This document shows positions 10,364-19,350 of a stretch of DNA of 64,000 nucleotides, piece by piece. Source of the stretch: an uncultured Alphaproteobacteria bacterium (GTDB taxonomy: Bacteria > Pseudomonadota > Alphaproteobacteria > Rhizobiales > Xanthobacteraceae); NCBI GenBank assembly GCA_963794225.1, contig CAWCCS010000002.1, forward strand, positions 815,547-879,546. Direction: 5' to 3'. Under the pieces are notes generated by a model that was not told the origin of the DNA, did no database searches, and worked only from the letters and a program-made list of their open reading frames with translations. Numbering within the stretch: position 1 is the first letter of the stretch; the number at the start of each line of letters is the position of its first letter. Made by a program: the position numbers and the translations under genes.

Positions 10364-11221
10364 GTGGTCATAGAGTTGTGCTGTGAGGTGTCCGTGCTGC
10401 CTTCGCTTTTGATCGTCTTCCGTGAGGTCTTCGAAGCCGGATTGATCATCGGCATCGTGATGGCGGTAACCTCGGGGGTAGCCGGGCGCGCGCGCTGGGT
10501 CGCCGCTGGCGTCGCGGCAGGCGTACTTGGCGCTTGCCTGGTCGCGCTGTTTGCCGGCGGATTATCGCAATTGTTCGGCGGCAGCGGGCAAGAATTGTTC
10601 AACGCCGGCATTCTTGGCTTCGCGGTGCTGATGCTCGGCTGGCATAATGTCTGGATGTCGCGGCATGGCCGCGAGCTTGCCGCTGACATGCGCGCCGCCG
10701 GTGAGGCCGTCGTTGCCGGCTCGAAGTCACTTGCCGCGCTCTCGCTCGTGGTCACGATCGCCGTGCTGCGCGAGGGTTCTGAAGTCGTACTGTTTCTTTA
10801 CGGCGTGGCTGCTGCGGAAGGCGGCGCGAGCCTTGGCATGCTGATCGGTGGCGCCATCGGGCTCGCGCTGGGTGCGTTCGTGTGTCTGCTGACCTACCTC
10901 GGACTCATTACCATACCGATGAGGTATCTGTTCAGCGTCACCAGCACACTGATCGCCTTGTTGGCCGCGGGCATGGCTGCGCAAGCGATCGCTTTCCTGC
11001 AGCAGGCCGATATCCTCACCGCATTCGACCAAACGGTGTGGGATACGTCCTGGATCCTGAGCGATGAAAGCCTTCTCGGACGCGCCTTGCATACCCTCAT
11101 CGGCTATGTGGACCAGCCGACCGCCATGCAGCTTATTGTTTATGCGGCAACGCTTGCAGTAATTGCGGTGCTGATGAAGCTCGTTGCCGCCCCCTTCGCG
11201 CCACGACAGCGAACAGCCTAA
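10364..11221 (+). CDS. FTR1-family high-affinity iron permease
   Basis: Polytopic membrane protein with two REXXE motifs (REVFE, REGSE). The GTG start is uncertain; GTG codons at 10388 and 10394 are also possible. Confidence 0.8.
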   Translation: MVIELCCEVSVLPSLLIVFREVFEAGLIIGIVMAVTSGVAGRARWVAAGVAAGVLGACLVALFAGGLSQLFGGSGQELFNAGILGFAVLMLGWHNVWMSRHGRELAADMRAAGEAVVAGSKSLAALSLVVTIAVLREGSEVVLFLYGVAAAEGGASLGMLIGGAIGLALGAFVCLLTYLGLITIPMRYLFSVTSTLIALLAAGMAAQAIAFLQQADILTAFDQTVWDTSWILSDESLLGRALHTLIGYVDQPTAMQLIVYAATLAVIAVLMKLVAAPFAPRQRTA

Positions 11222-11231
11222 AATCTGAAAG

Positions 11232-11702
11232 CTATATCACTTTGGCGCTAGTGGCGAAGTGATCGGGACACAACGTCGCCGAATAAACCTCGCCGAGATC
11301 GGCGAGTTCAACCTCGAGGCATTCCACGTCGAGACGAATGGCGCCACCTCCAGAGAAGGTCAGGGTAATGGTGCCGGCAGGTCCGTTGCGCTCGGCAAAC
11401 TCTATAGCCAGCAGATTGAGCGTCACCTCCTTCTTGGCTTGATCAAGGTTGCGATACTTGCAGGCATTGACCCTCTCAAATCGCAACGCTGTTCTGCATC
11501 GGCGGTAATCCGGCGAATTGCCGTCTTTGATGCCACCCACATCGACGGCGTTCATCCAGTCGAACCGTTTGAGCGCCATCACGAAACGATGTTCGCGTGG
11601 CTGCCAGAAAATATCGGCCACCCGGACAAGGGCGTCCTGTACGTGAGCTGAAACGACCTCAACGTCATCCTTGTCGAGAGCGACGAGTTTGAGTTCTTCC
11701 AT
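11232..11702 (-). CDS. DUF2948-family protein
   Basis: Conserved-looking sequence from MEELKLVALDKDDVEVVSAHVQDALVRVADIFWQPREHRFVMALKRFDW. The upstream 35 codons of the track ORF are unlikely to be coding. Confidence 0.65.
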   Translation of the reverse strand: MEELKLVALDKDDVEVVSAHVQDALVRVADIFWQPREHRFVMALKRFDWMNAVDVGGIKDGNSPDYRRCRTALRFERVNACKYRNLDQAKKEVTLNLLAIEFAERNGPAGTITLTFSGGGAIRLDVECLEVELADLGEVYSATLCPDHFATSAKVI

Positions 11703-12180
11703 GTCCGATCCCCGATCTCGGCGTCTATCTGTTGCGAAAGCTAGGAAGAACCCAATCGGCTCGCAAGGCCCGCACAATACCACAATCACATTGAGGATTC
11801 TCGACACTGACGCCCCGCAGACGGTCCTTCAGGAGAAAAAAACTTGATGCGCCGGTCCTTATCAGTTTGATCGCCCGCAGCCCTCCCAGCGAAGTATACA
11901 GTATATAGGCGGCGCCATCAGGGCCCGGATCAGCTCGAACCTCTTGACGAAGCAAGCGGCGCGCTATCAACAAAGGCTAGTTGGTCGTGTAAGATGGATT
12001 TGCGTCCGGCGCGAGAGGTTGCTAAGACCAACTAACAAACTGCTTGTTAACTTGTCCTGCCGTATCTGCGAGGTTCGTTTGTGGACCATGACTGCGACCC
12101 TCACGACCTCTACCCTATCTGTTGTGTTTCTTTCACCCCCGTTATGGGATTAATATCGCCTTTCTTGAAAGGGAGGATTT

Positions 12181-12357
12181 ATGGCTAAGAAGTCAAAGAA
12201 GCGGCGCGGCTGGACTGCGACCGAGGTTCGTGAGCTGAAGTCGATGGCGAAGAAGAAAACCGCCGCGGCGAAGATCGCCAAGAAATTGAAAAGAACGGAA
12301 GGTGCGACGCGGCAAAAGGCGTTCAGCATCGGGCTGTCGCTCGACTCCCGTTCCTAA
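12181..12357 (+). CDS. Small (58 aa) highly basic protein with a Myb/SANT-like GWT..E...L helix; hypothetical
   Basis: ATG is preceded by GAAAGGGAGGATTT (strong SD). The sequence is MAKKSKKRRGWTATEVRELKSMAKKKTAAAKIAKKLKRTEGATRQKAFSIGLSLDSRS, and the third codon position is mostly G/C. It is below the 60-aa cutoff of the ORF track. Confidence 0.6.
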   Translation: MAKKSKKRRGWTATEVRELKSMAKKKTAAAKIAKKLKRTEGATRQKAFSIGLSLDSRS

Positions 12358-12417
12358 ACTCTACCAAACATCCAAGCTCTCAAGTACGAATCGACGCCGG
12401 CCTGGACACCCAGGCTC

Positions 12418-12459
12418 GGCGCGATGTCGTTTGGGTATGGCGCGATATCGTTTTGGTAT
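12418..12459. repeat. Two tandem copies of a 21-nt unit (GGCGCGATGTCGTTTGGGTAT / GGCGCGATATCGTTTTGGTAT)
   Basis: Read directly; 19/21 positions are identical. It lies head-to-tail in the lower-GC spacer about 260 nt upstream of the T1SS ABC gene. Confidence 0.9.
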
Positions 12460-12715
12460 TGTTCCAGATCCCAACGCGGCATTTGCGGTGCCGCGCCAAC
12501 TGACCAAGCTGTCTGATTAGGAATGATATCCGGGCCATCGGGCGGCCCGCGCACGTTTCAGCGTGGCTACCGGATGCTCGCCCCGGTAATCTGATCCGTC
12601 CTTCCTTAAAAATTGGACATAAACGCAGCAAATATCGGATATGAACCCATTAGCTGCTAGTAATTTGTAAGGCGGATCGTGATATCAGGCGTGCTACGGT
12701 GATGGGCACCCTACG

Positions 12716-14473
12716 ATGAATCAGGTACCAGGCCAGCCGCGCCAGCAACCGGCGAGTTCCGAACTCGCTGTGGCGTTGGCCTCGTGCAGACGCGCCTTCC
12801 TCGCCGTGGCGCTGTTCAGCGGCATGAGCAATATCCTGATGCTCACCGGCGCCCTGTTCATGCTTGAAATCTACGATCGGGTGCTGCCGAGCCGCAGTGT
12901 ACCGACACTGGTCGCGTTGTTGATCCTCGCGGGCGGGCTCTACGCCGCACAAGGGGTCATCGATGCCATTCGCAGCCGCATTCTCGTCCGCATCGGGCAC
13001 AGCCTGGACGAAGCGATGAGTTTCCGCGTCTTTGACGTGATCGTCAGGCTGCCGCTGAAGATCGGCAGCAAAGGAGACGGTACCCAGCCGATCCGCGATC
13101 TCGATACCGTGCGGGGCTTTCTTTCCGGCCTCGGCCCTGTCGCATTATTTGATCTGCCGTGGATGCCGGTCTATCTCGCCATCTGCTTCCTGTTCCACAC
13201 TTATATCGGCCTGACCGCGCTGGGCGGCGCGGTTATTCTGGTCATTCTCACCGTTGCAACCGAATTGCAGACCAGGCACCCGACCAGGAGCGCGACGCAA
13301 TTCGCCGCCGCACGCAATGCGCTGATGGAATCGAGCCGGCGCAACGCCGAGGCGATTACCTCGATGGGAATGGTCGGCCGCACCGCGACACGTTGGAACA
13401 AGCTCAATCAGGACTATGTCGCCTCCAGCGGCCTGGCAAGCGACGTAGTCGGCGGGCTTGGCGCCTTCTCGAAAGTTTTGCGGCTGCTGCTGCAATCGGC
13501 GATTCTGGCGGTCGGTGCCTGGCTGGTTATTCATCAGGAGTCCACGCCGGGCATCATCATCGCCGGCTCGATCCTCGGCGGGCGCGCGCTGGCGCCAGTC
13601 GATCTTGCCATCGCCAACTGGCGAAGCTTCGTCGCCGCGCGGCAAAGTTGGCAGCGGTTGTCACGATTGCTCGGTCACCTGCCGGCGCGTACAGAACCGA
13701 TGGCGCTGCAGCCGCCGACCAAGACGCTGCTAGTGCAAAACGCGGCCGTCAATCCGCCTGGCGAGCAGAAGATCGTGTCCCAGGACATCAACTTCGCGCT
13801 CGCGGCAGGCAAGGCGCTCGGCGTGATCGGCCCGACGGCTTCTGGAAAATCGTCACTGGCGCGCATGCTGGTAGGCGTGTGGACGCCGGCGCGCGGCAGC
13901 GTCCGCCTCGACGGCGCCACGCTCGAGCAATGGTCCCCGGAAGCGCTCGGCCAGCACATCGGCTATCTGCCGCAAGACGTTGAGCTGTTTCCGGGTAACG
14001 TGGCGCAGAACATTGCCCGGTTCGAGCACCCGCCCAATGCCGAGGCCGTGCTTGCCGCCGCAAAAGCGGCGGGGGTTCACGAGCTCATCGTCAATCTGCC
14101 GAATGGTTACGAGACCAGTGTCGGCGATCACGGCACGGCGTTGTCTGCCGGTCAGGCGCAGCGCATTGCGCTGGCGCGCGCGCTGTACCGCGACCCGTTC
14201 CTGGTGGTGCTTGACGAGCCCAATTCCAACCTAGACGCCGAAGGCGACGAAGCACTGACCCGAGCCATTCTTAGCGTTCGCGCGCGGGGTGGCATCACAA
14301 TCGTGGTCGCGCATCGCCCGAGCGCCATCGCTGGCGTCGACTACATTCTGGTGATGGCCAAAGGCCGCCAGCAGCAATTTGGACCGAAAGAGGAAATCCT
14401 CAATCGTGTTATCCAGCCGACTACGCCGCCCCGTGCCCTGAAAGTCGTACCGGAACAGGGAGGCGTCGGATGA
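12716..14473 (+). CDS. Type I secretion system permease/ATPase (PrtD/AprD/HasD type, no C39 peptidase domain)
   Basis: 585 aa with an N-terminal 6-TM domain. Walker A is GPTASGKSS, the signature is LSAGQAQRIALARAL, and Walker B is LVVLDEPNSNLD. Confidence 0.9.
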   Translation: MNQVPGQPRQQPASSELAVALASCRRAFLAVALFSGMSNILMLTGALFMLEIYDRVLPSRSVPTLVALLILAGGLYAAQGVIDAIRSRILVRIGHSLDEAMSFRVFDVIVRLPLKIGSKGDGTQPIRDLDTVRGFLSGLGPVALFDLPWMPVYLAICFLFHTYIGLTALGGAVILVILTVATELQTRHPTRSATQFAAARNALMESSRRNAEAITSMGMVGRTATRWNKLNQDYVASSGLASDVVGGLGAFSKVLRLLLQSAILAVGAWLVIHQESTPGIIIAGSILGGRALAPVDLAIANWRSFVAARQSWQRLSRLLGHLPARTEPMALQPPTKTLLVQNAAVNPPGEQKIVSQDINFALAAGKALGVIGPTASGKSSLARMLVGVWTPARGSVRLDGATLEQWSPEALGQHIGYLPQDVELFPGNVAQNIARFEHPPNAEAVLAAAKAAGVHELIVNLPNGYETSVGDHGTALSAGQAQRIALARALYRDPFLVVLDEPNSNLDAEGDEALTRAILSVRARGGITIVVAHRPSAIAGVDYILVMAKGRQQQFGPKEEILNRVIQPTTPPRALKVVPEQGGVG

Positions 14474-15780
14474 GCGGCCCGGCGCGGACAGGCTGGTCGG
14501 CATCGATCCACCGGCACATTATCGTGGGATGTGCGGTTGTGGCATTCCTCGCCATAGGACTCGGCGGCTGGGCCTCGACTGCAGAGATTTCCGGCGCGCT
14601 GATCGCGCAGGGTTCGCTGGTTGTCGATTCCAACGTCAAGAAGGTGCAGCACCCGACCGGCGGCGTCGTCGGCGAGGTTCGCGTGCGCGAGGGCGATCAT
14701 GTCAAGGCGGGCGACATCCTCGTTCGCCTTGATGAGACAGTGACCCACGCCAATCTGGCGATCGTCACCAAGGGACTCACTGAACTTTATGCGCGCCGGG
14801 CTCGGCTTGCTGCCGAACGCGATGGCGCCGAGTCAGTCCCTGTACCGAAGGAGCTCGCCAATCAGGTTGACGATCCCGACGTGGAGGAAGCGCTGTCAAG
14901 CGAGCGCAAACTGTTCGAACTGCGGCGCAAGTCGCGGATGGGGCAGAAAGATCAGCTCCAGCAGCGTATCAAACAATTGAACGAGCAGATTTCCGGACTG
15001 ACAGCGCAGCAGGACGCCAAAGCAAAAGAGATGTCGCTGATCGATCAGGAGCTCCAGGGCGTGCGCGATCTGTGGGCGAAAAACCTGGTGCAGATCAATC
15101 GGCTTACCTCCCTTGAGCGTGAGGCTGCGCGTCTGCAGGGTGAACGCGGCCAGCTGATCGCCTCCGCCGCTGAAGCAAAGGGCAAGATTGTCGAGACGGA
15201 ACTGCAAATCATTCAGGTCGACCAGGAACTAAGCAGTGACGTCGCCAAGGAACTGCGGGAGACCGACAGCAAGATCGGCGAATACGTCGAGCGGAAGGTT
15301 ACTGCGGAAGATCAGCTCAGGCGTACCGATCTTCGCGCGCCGCAAGACGGCGTCGTGTTCCAGTCGACGGTTAACACCGTCGGTGGCGTTATCACCGCCG
15401 GCGACCCGGTCATGCTCATCGTGCCCGCGGCCGACAACCTGTTGGTCGAGGCCAAGGTTGATCCCAAAGACATCGATCAGGTGCAATTCGGTCAGCCGGT
15501 CGTCCTTCGGTTCTCGGCGTTTAATATGCGAACCACGCCCGAACTGAACGGCAATGTCGTGCGCATCTCCGCCGATACCACCACCGATCAGCGCACCGGG
15601 CAGAGCTATTATCTGGTCCGCATCGCCATGACGGCCGACCAGATCGGACGGCTCGGCGATGTCAAGATGACCCCGGGTATGCCGGTCGAAGCCTTCTTCC
15701 AGACCGGCGACCGCACGATGATCTCATACCTCGTCAAGCCGCTGCGCGACCAATTGATGCGCTCGTTCCGCGAGAAGTAG
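14470..15780 (+). CDS. HlyD-family type I secretion membrane-fusion (periplasmic adaptor) protein
   Basis: 436 aa with one N-terminal TM and a long coiled-coil. The C-terminus is MPVEAFFQTGDRTMISYLVKPL. It overlaps the ABC gene by 4 nt. Confidence 0.9.
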   Translation: MSGPARTGWSASIHRHIIVGCAVVAFLAIGLGGWASTAEISGALIAQGSLVVDSNVKKVQHPTGGVVGEVRVREGDHVKAGDILVRLDETVTHANLAIVTKGLTELYARRARLAAERDGAESVPVPKELANQVDDPDVEEALSSERKLFELRRKSRMGQKDQLQQRIKQLNEQISGLTAQQDAKAKEMSLIDQELQGVRDLWAKNLVQINRLTSLEREAARLQGERGQLIASAAEAKGKIVETELQIIQVDQELSSDVAKELRETDSKIGEYVERKVTAEDQLRRTDLRAPQDGVVFQSTVNTVGGVITAGDPVMLIVPAADNLLVEAKVDPKDIDQVQFGQPVVLRFSAFNMRTTPELNGNVVRISADTTTDQRTGQSYYLVRIAMTADQIGRLGDVKMTPGMPVEAFFQTGDRTMISYLVKPLRDQLMRSFREK

Positions 15781-15878
15781 GATCCATCGCTCCGGGTGTC
15801 CCGGCGCGAACAGGGATTCTCCCCGCACACCATCTCCTTGCTATAATATCGGCTCATGCTGAACAGGGCCGTTGAACC

Positions 15879-18101
15879 ATGAAGCGAATTGCCCGCTGGG
15901 CGCGCCAGTTCGGTATCGCGCGGGCGGTATGCATTGCCCTCCTGCTCGGACTGGTGCCACTGCGCATCGCTGATCCGCGGTTGCTGCAGGAGGCGCGGCT
16001 TCGGACATTCGATCACTTCCAGGTTTTGCGACCGCGCGAGCAGACGGCGCGGCCGATCGTCATCGTCGACATCAACGAGGCAAGCCTAAAGCAGATCGGA
16101 CAGTGGCCATGGCCGCGCACAATCCTGGCCGATTTAGTCGACCGCCTCACCGAGATGGGCGCCGTCGCCATCGGCTTCGACGTCGTCTTCGCCGAGCCCG
16201 ATCAACTATCACCGAATCTCGTGGCAATGACGCTGCGCGATCTCGATGATGCAACGCGCACGCGTTTGCGCAGCCTGCCTACCAATGATGAGATTTTTGC
16301 CGCAGCGATCCGGCGCTCACGGGTAGTGCTCGGCGAATCGGTGTCCCAGAGCCGCACTGACGATTTCGCGATCGAGGGCTCGGGCTACGGCGTCGTCACC
16401 ACAAAAGGCGCTCCGGACCCGCGCACTTTTCTGGTCTCTTTCCCGGGCCTCGTTCGCAATATTCCGATCCTTGAAAGAGCCGCCGCCGGCCGCGGTGTCT
16501 TCACGGAGGCCGATGAACGCGATGGAATTGTCCGGCGCGCACCGGTGGTCATGCACGCGGGAGACGCGTTTGTTCCCTCGCTGGCGCTGGAAATGCTGCG
16601 CGTAGCGACCGGTTCCAACTCGCCGGTCATTCGCTCCGACAAAAACGGCATTCAAGGCGTGAACTTCAGCCACTTTCGACTTCCCACCGACCGACAGGGC
16701 CGATTGTGGATCTATTTCAATCACACTGATTCCGAGCGCTATGTATCGGCGCGAGACGTGTTGCAAGGCCGGGTGTCCGACGACCGTATCCGGGGCAAGC
16801 TGGTTCTGGTGGGCACGTCGGCCATCGGGCTGTTGGATCTGAGGACCACGCCGCTCGATCCCGTGATCCCGGGCGTTGAGGTACATGCTCAGGTCGTCGA
16901 GAACGTTTTGAGCAACGCAATGCTGTCGGCGCCGAGCTGGACGATCGGCGCGGAGATTGTCACGGCGGTGGTCTTTGGCCTCGCGATCATCATCGCCGCA
17001 CCGCTGTTACCTGCCGCCATCGTCGTCGCGCTCGGCGCACTGCTGATCGCGGGCCTCATCGGCATGTCGTGGTACTTCTTTGTCGCCCACAATCTGCTGA
17101 TCGACTTCACCTATCCGCTGATGTCGAGTTGGCTGATTTATCTGGTGCTTACGTTCGTGAATTATTTCCGCGAGCAGCGGCAGCGGCATCAGATTCGCTC
17201 GGCGTTCGGCTTTTACCTGTCGCCACCGCTCGTCGAACAACTGGCGAAATCTCCGGAGAAGCTGGTGTTGGGCGGCGAAGAACGCCGCATGACCATTCTG
17301 TTCAGCGACGTGCGCGGCTTCACCACGATCTCCGAGCACTACAAGGACGATCCGCAGGGCCTAACTCGCCTGATGAATCGTTTTCTCACGCCGCTGACCA
17401 ACGCCATCATCGAGCGTAACGGCACGATCGACAAATATATCGGCGACGCCATCATGGCGTTCTGGAACGCGCCGCTCGACGATGAGGAGCACGAGGCCAA
17501 TGCCTGCGCGGCGGCGCTGGAAATGCTGAGCCGTGCCGAGGACCTGAACGTTGAGCTCAAACGTGAAGCGGAGGCGAATGGCGGGGTTTATATGCCGCTG
17601 CGCATCGGTATCGGGCTCAACAGCGGCCCATGCGTCGTCGGCAATATGGGTTCCGACTTCCGCTTCAACTATTCAGTGCTGGGCGATACCGTCAATCTTG
17701 CCTCGCGGCTGGAATCCCGTACCAAGGACTATCGGCTCTCGATGGTGATCGGTTCGCGCACGGCAGACGGAGCGAAAAATAAGTACGCCACCATGGAAAT
17801 CGACCTTATTCAGGTGAAGGGCAAGAAACAGCCGGAAGTGGTTTACACCGTGCTCGGTCCATCTGAGATCGAACAGGATCCGCGCTGCGGGCAGTTGCGC
17901 GATCTCCACGCTCAAATGCTCGCGGCCTTTCGCAAGCAGCAGTGGGACGACGCCAAGGGGTTGATTGATCGCTGCCGCAAGGTCGCCAATGGCTTTGGTG
18001 TTGCAGGCCTATATGACATGTACATTGAGCGCATGGAGGCGTATCAAACCGACCCGCCGCCAGCTGACTGGAACGGCGTCTACGCAGCCGAGTCGAAATA
18101 A
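15879..18101 (+). CDS. CHASE2-sensor class III adenylate/guanylate cyclase
   Basis: 740 aa. The N-terminal periplasmic CHASE2-like region (IVIVDINEASL..GQWPWPR) is followed by TM helices. The cyclase core is MTILFSDVRGFTTISE...GDAIMAFWNAP...VNLASRLES. Confidence 0.9.
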   Translation: MKRIARWARQFGIARAVCIALLLGLVPLRIADPRLLQEARLRTFDHFQVLRPREQTARPIVIVDINEASLKQIGQWPWPRTILADLVDRLTEMGAVAIGFDVVFAEPDQLSPNLVAMTLRDLDDATRTRLRSLPTNDEIFAAAIRRSRVVLGESVSQSRTDDFAIEGSGYGVVTTKGAPDPRTFLVSFPGLVRNIPILERAAAGRGVFTEADERDGIVRRAPVVMHAGDAFVPSLALEMLRVATGSNSPVIRSDKNGIQGVNFSHFRLPTDRQGRLWIYFNHTDSERYVSARDVLQGRVSDDRIRGKLVLVGTSAIGLLDLRTTPLDPVIPGVEVHAQVVENVLSNAMLSAPSWTIGAEIVTAVVFGLAIIIAAPLLPAAIVVALGALLIAGLIGMSWYFFVAHNLLIDFTYPLMSSWLIYLVLTFVNYFREQRQRHQIRSAFGFYLSPPLVEQLAKSPEKLVLGGEERRMTILFSDVRGFTTISEHYKDDPQGLTRLMNRFLTPLTNAIIERNGTIDKYIGDAIMAFWNAPLDDEEHEANACAAALEMLSRAEDLNVELKREAEANGGVYMPLRIGIGLNSGPCVVGNMGSDFRFNYSVLGDTVNLASRLESRTKDYRLSMVIGSRTADGAKNKYATMEIDLIQVKGKKQPEVVYTVLGPSEIEQDPRCGQLRDLHAQMLAAFRKQQWDDAKGLIDRCRKVANGFGVAGLYDMYIERMEAYQTDPPPADWNGVYAAESK

Positions 18102-18161
18102 TTTATCCTGCATAACCATGTCGCAAGCGGCCTCGCGTGCCGCGTCGGGAGGCTCCGCCCT

Positions 18162-19331
18162 ATGGCAACAAGCAACGATCGCATCCTCACCACACATGTC
18201 GGCAGCCTGGTGCGGCCGCCGGAGCTGACCAGATACATTGAAGCGATCGACAGCGGCGTCAAAATCGATCAAGCGGCGTTCGACCGGCGCCTGTCCGACA
18301 GCGTCGCCGAGGTTGTCAGGCGCCAGCAACAGGCCGGTGTCGACATCGTCAGCGACGGCGAGTTCGGCAAATTCCGCAGCTGGTCGTTCTACGTCCTCGA
18401 TCGTCTTGCCGGCATCGAGGAGCAGGCGATCGAGACCGCCCGCGGCGCCGGGCGCGATCAGCACTTATTTCCGGACTTCTACGCCGAGTACTTCCCGACG
18501 CAGAAGCTGCCGAAACGGGGAACGGCTGTTTGCGTCGGCCCGATCGCTTACAAGGGCCAGGCAGCGGTTCAGAAAGACATCGCCATCTTCAAGGCAGCGC
18601 TGAAAGGTGCCTCTGTTACGGACGCTTTCCTGCCAGTCGTCGCGCCGGCGAGCGCCGTTCCTCGCTCTAAAAATGAATACTACAAGAACGACGAGGAGTT
18701 CCTGTTCAAACTCGCCGAAGCCTTGCGGGAGGAATACAAAGCAATCGTCGACGCCGGATTGATCGTTCAGATCGATGATGCCTTCCTGCCCTACATGTAT
18801 GATGTAGCATTCGCCGCCGATCAGATGGCGCAATATCGGAAATGGGCGGCGGTTCGCATCGACGCGCTCAACCACGCCATCGCCGGATTGCCGGAGGATC
18901 GCGTCCGCTATCACATCTGTTGGGGAAGCTTTAATACGCCGCACACCACTGATGTGCCGCTTAAGGACATCGTCGACCTTGTCCTCAAGGTGAAGGCCGG
19001 CGGTTACTGCATCGAGATGGCCAACCCGCGGCACGAACATGAGTGGCGCGTTTGGGAAAGCGCAAAGTTGCCGGCTGGCCGCAAGCTCATTCCCGGCCTC
19101 ATCAGCCACGTGACCAATGTCGTCGAGCATCCGGAGCTGGTCGCCGATCGCCTCACCCGTCTCGCCAGGCTGGTCGGGCGCGAGAATGTCATGGCCGGCA
19201 CCGACTGCGGCTTCGCGCAATCGCCGTATGTGCGGCGCGTGCATCCCTCCATCATGTGGGCCAAGCTCGAAGCGATGGCCGAAGGCGCGCGGCTTGCCTC
19301 GCAGGAATTGTGGGGCAGGAAAGCGGCCTGA
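18162..19331 (+). CDS. Cobalamin-independent methionine synthase (MetE C-terminal-like) family protein
   Basis: 389 aa. Starts ILTTHVGSLVRP, then GVDIVSDGEF, with HICWGSF and TDCGF at positions typical of the zinc-binding MetE-like fold. Confidence 0.75.
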   Translation: MATSNDRILTTHVGSLVRPPELTRYIEAIDSGVKIDQAAFDRRLSDSVAEVVRRQQQAGVDIVSDGEFGKFRSWSFYVLDRLAGIEEQAIETARGAGRDQHLFPDFYAEYFPTQKLPKRGTAVCVGPIAYKGQAAVQKDIAIFKAALKGASVTDAFLPVVAPASAVPRSKNEYYKNDEEFLFKLAEALREEYKAIVDAGLIVQIDDAFLPYMYDVAFAADQMAQYRKWAAVRIDALNHAIAGLPEDRVRYHICWGSFNTPHTTDVPLKDIVDLVLKVKAGGYCIEMANPRHEHEWRVWESAKLPAGRKLIPGLISHVTNVVEHPELVADRLTRLARLVGRENVMAGTDCGFAQSPYVRRVHPSIMWAKLEAMAEGARLASQELWGRKAA

Positions 19332-19350
19332 AATCCGCGCCGCCGCCGGA

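Noticed and set aside
12354-12554. 66-aa minus-strand ORF containing the peptide repeat NDIAPYPNDIAPS.
   Set aside because: The peptide repeat is just the 21-nt DNA tandem repeat translated. The ORF has a GTG start without an SD, overlaps the 3' end of the well-signalled 58-aa gene, and has no signal peptide or domain.
12716-18101. T1SS genes next to an adenylate cyclase, possibly a CyaA-like secreted cyclase toxin locus.
   Set aside because: The cyclase is a class III enzyme with a CHASE2 sensor and multiple TM helices. It has no RTX/GGxGxD repeats or C-terminal secretion-signal region, so it is a membrane signalling protein, not T1SS cargo.
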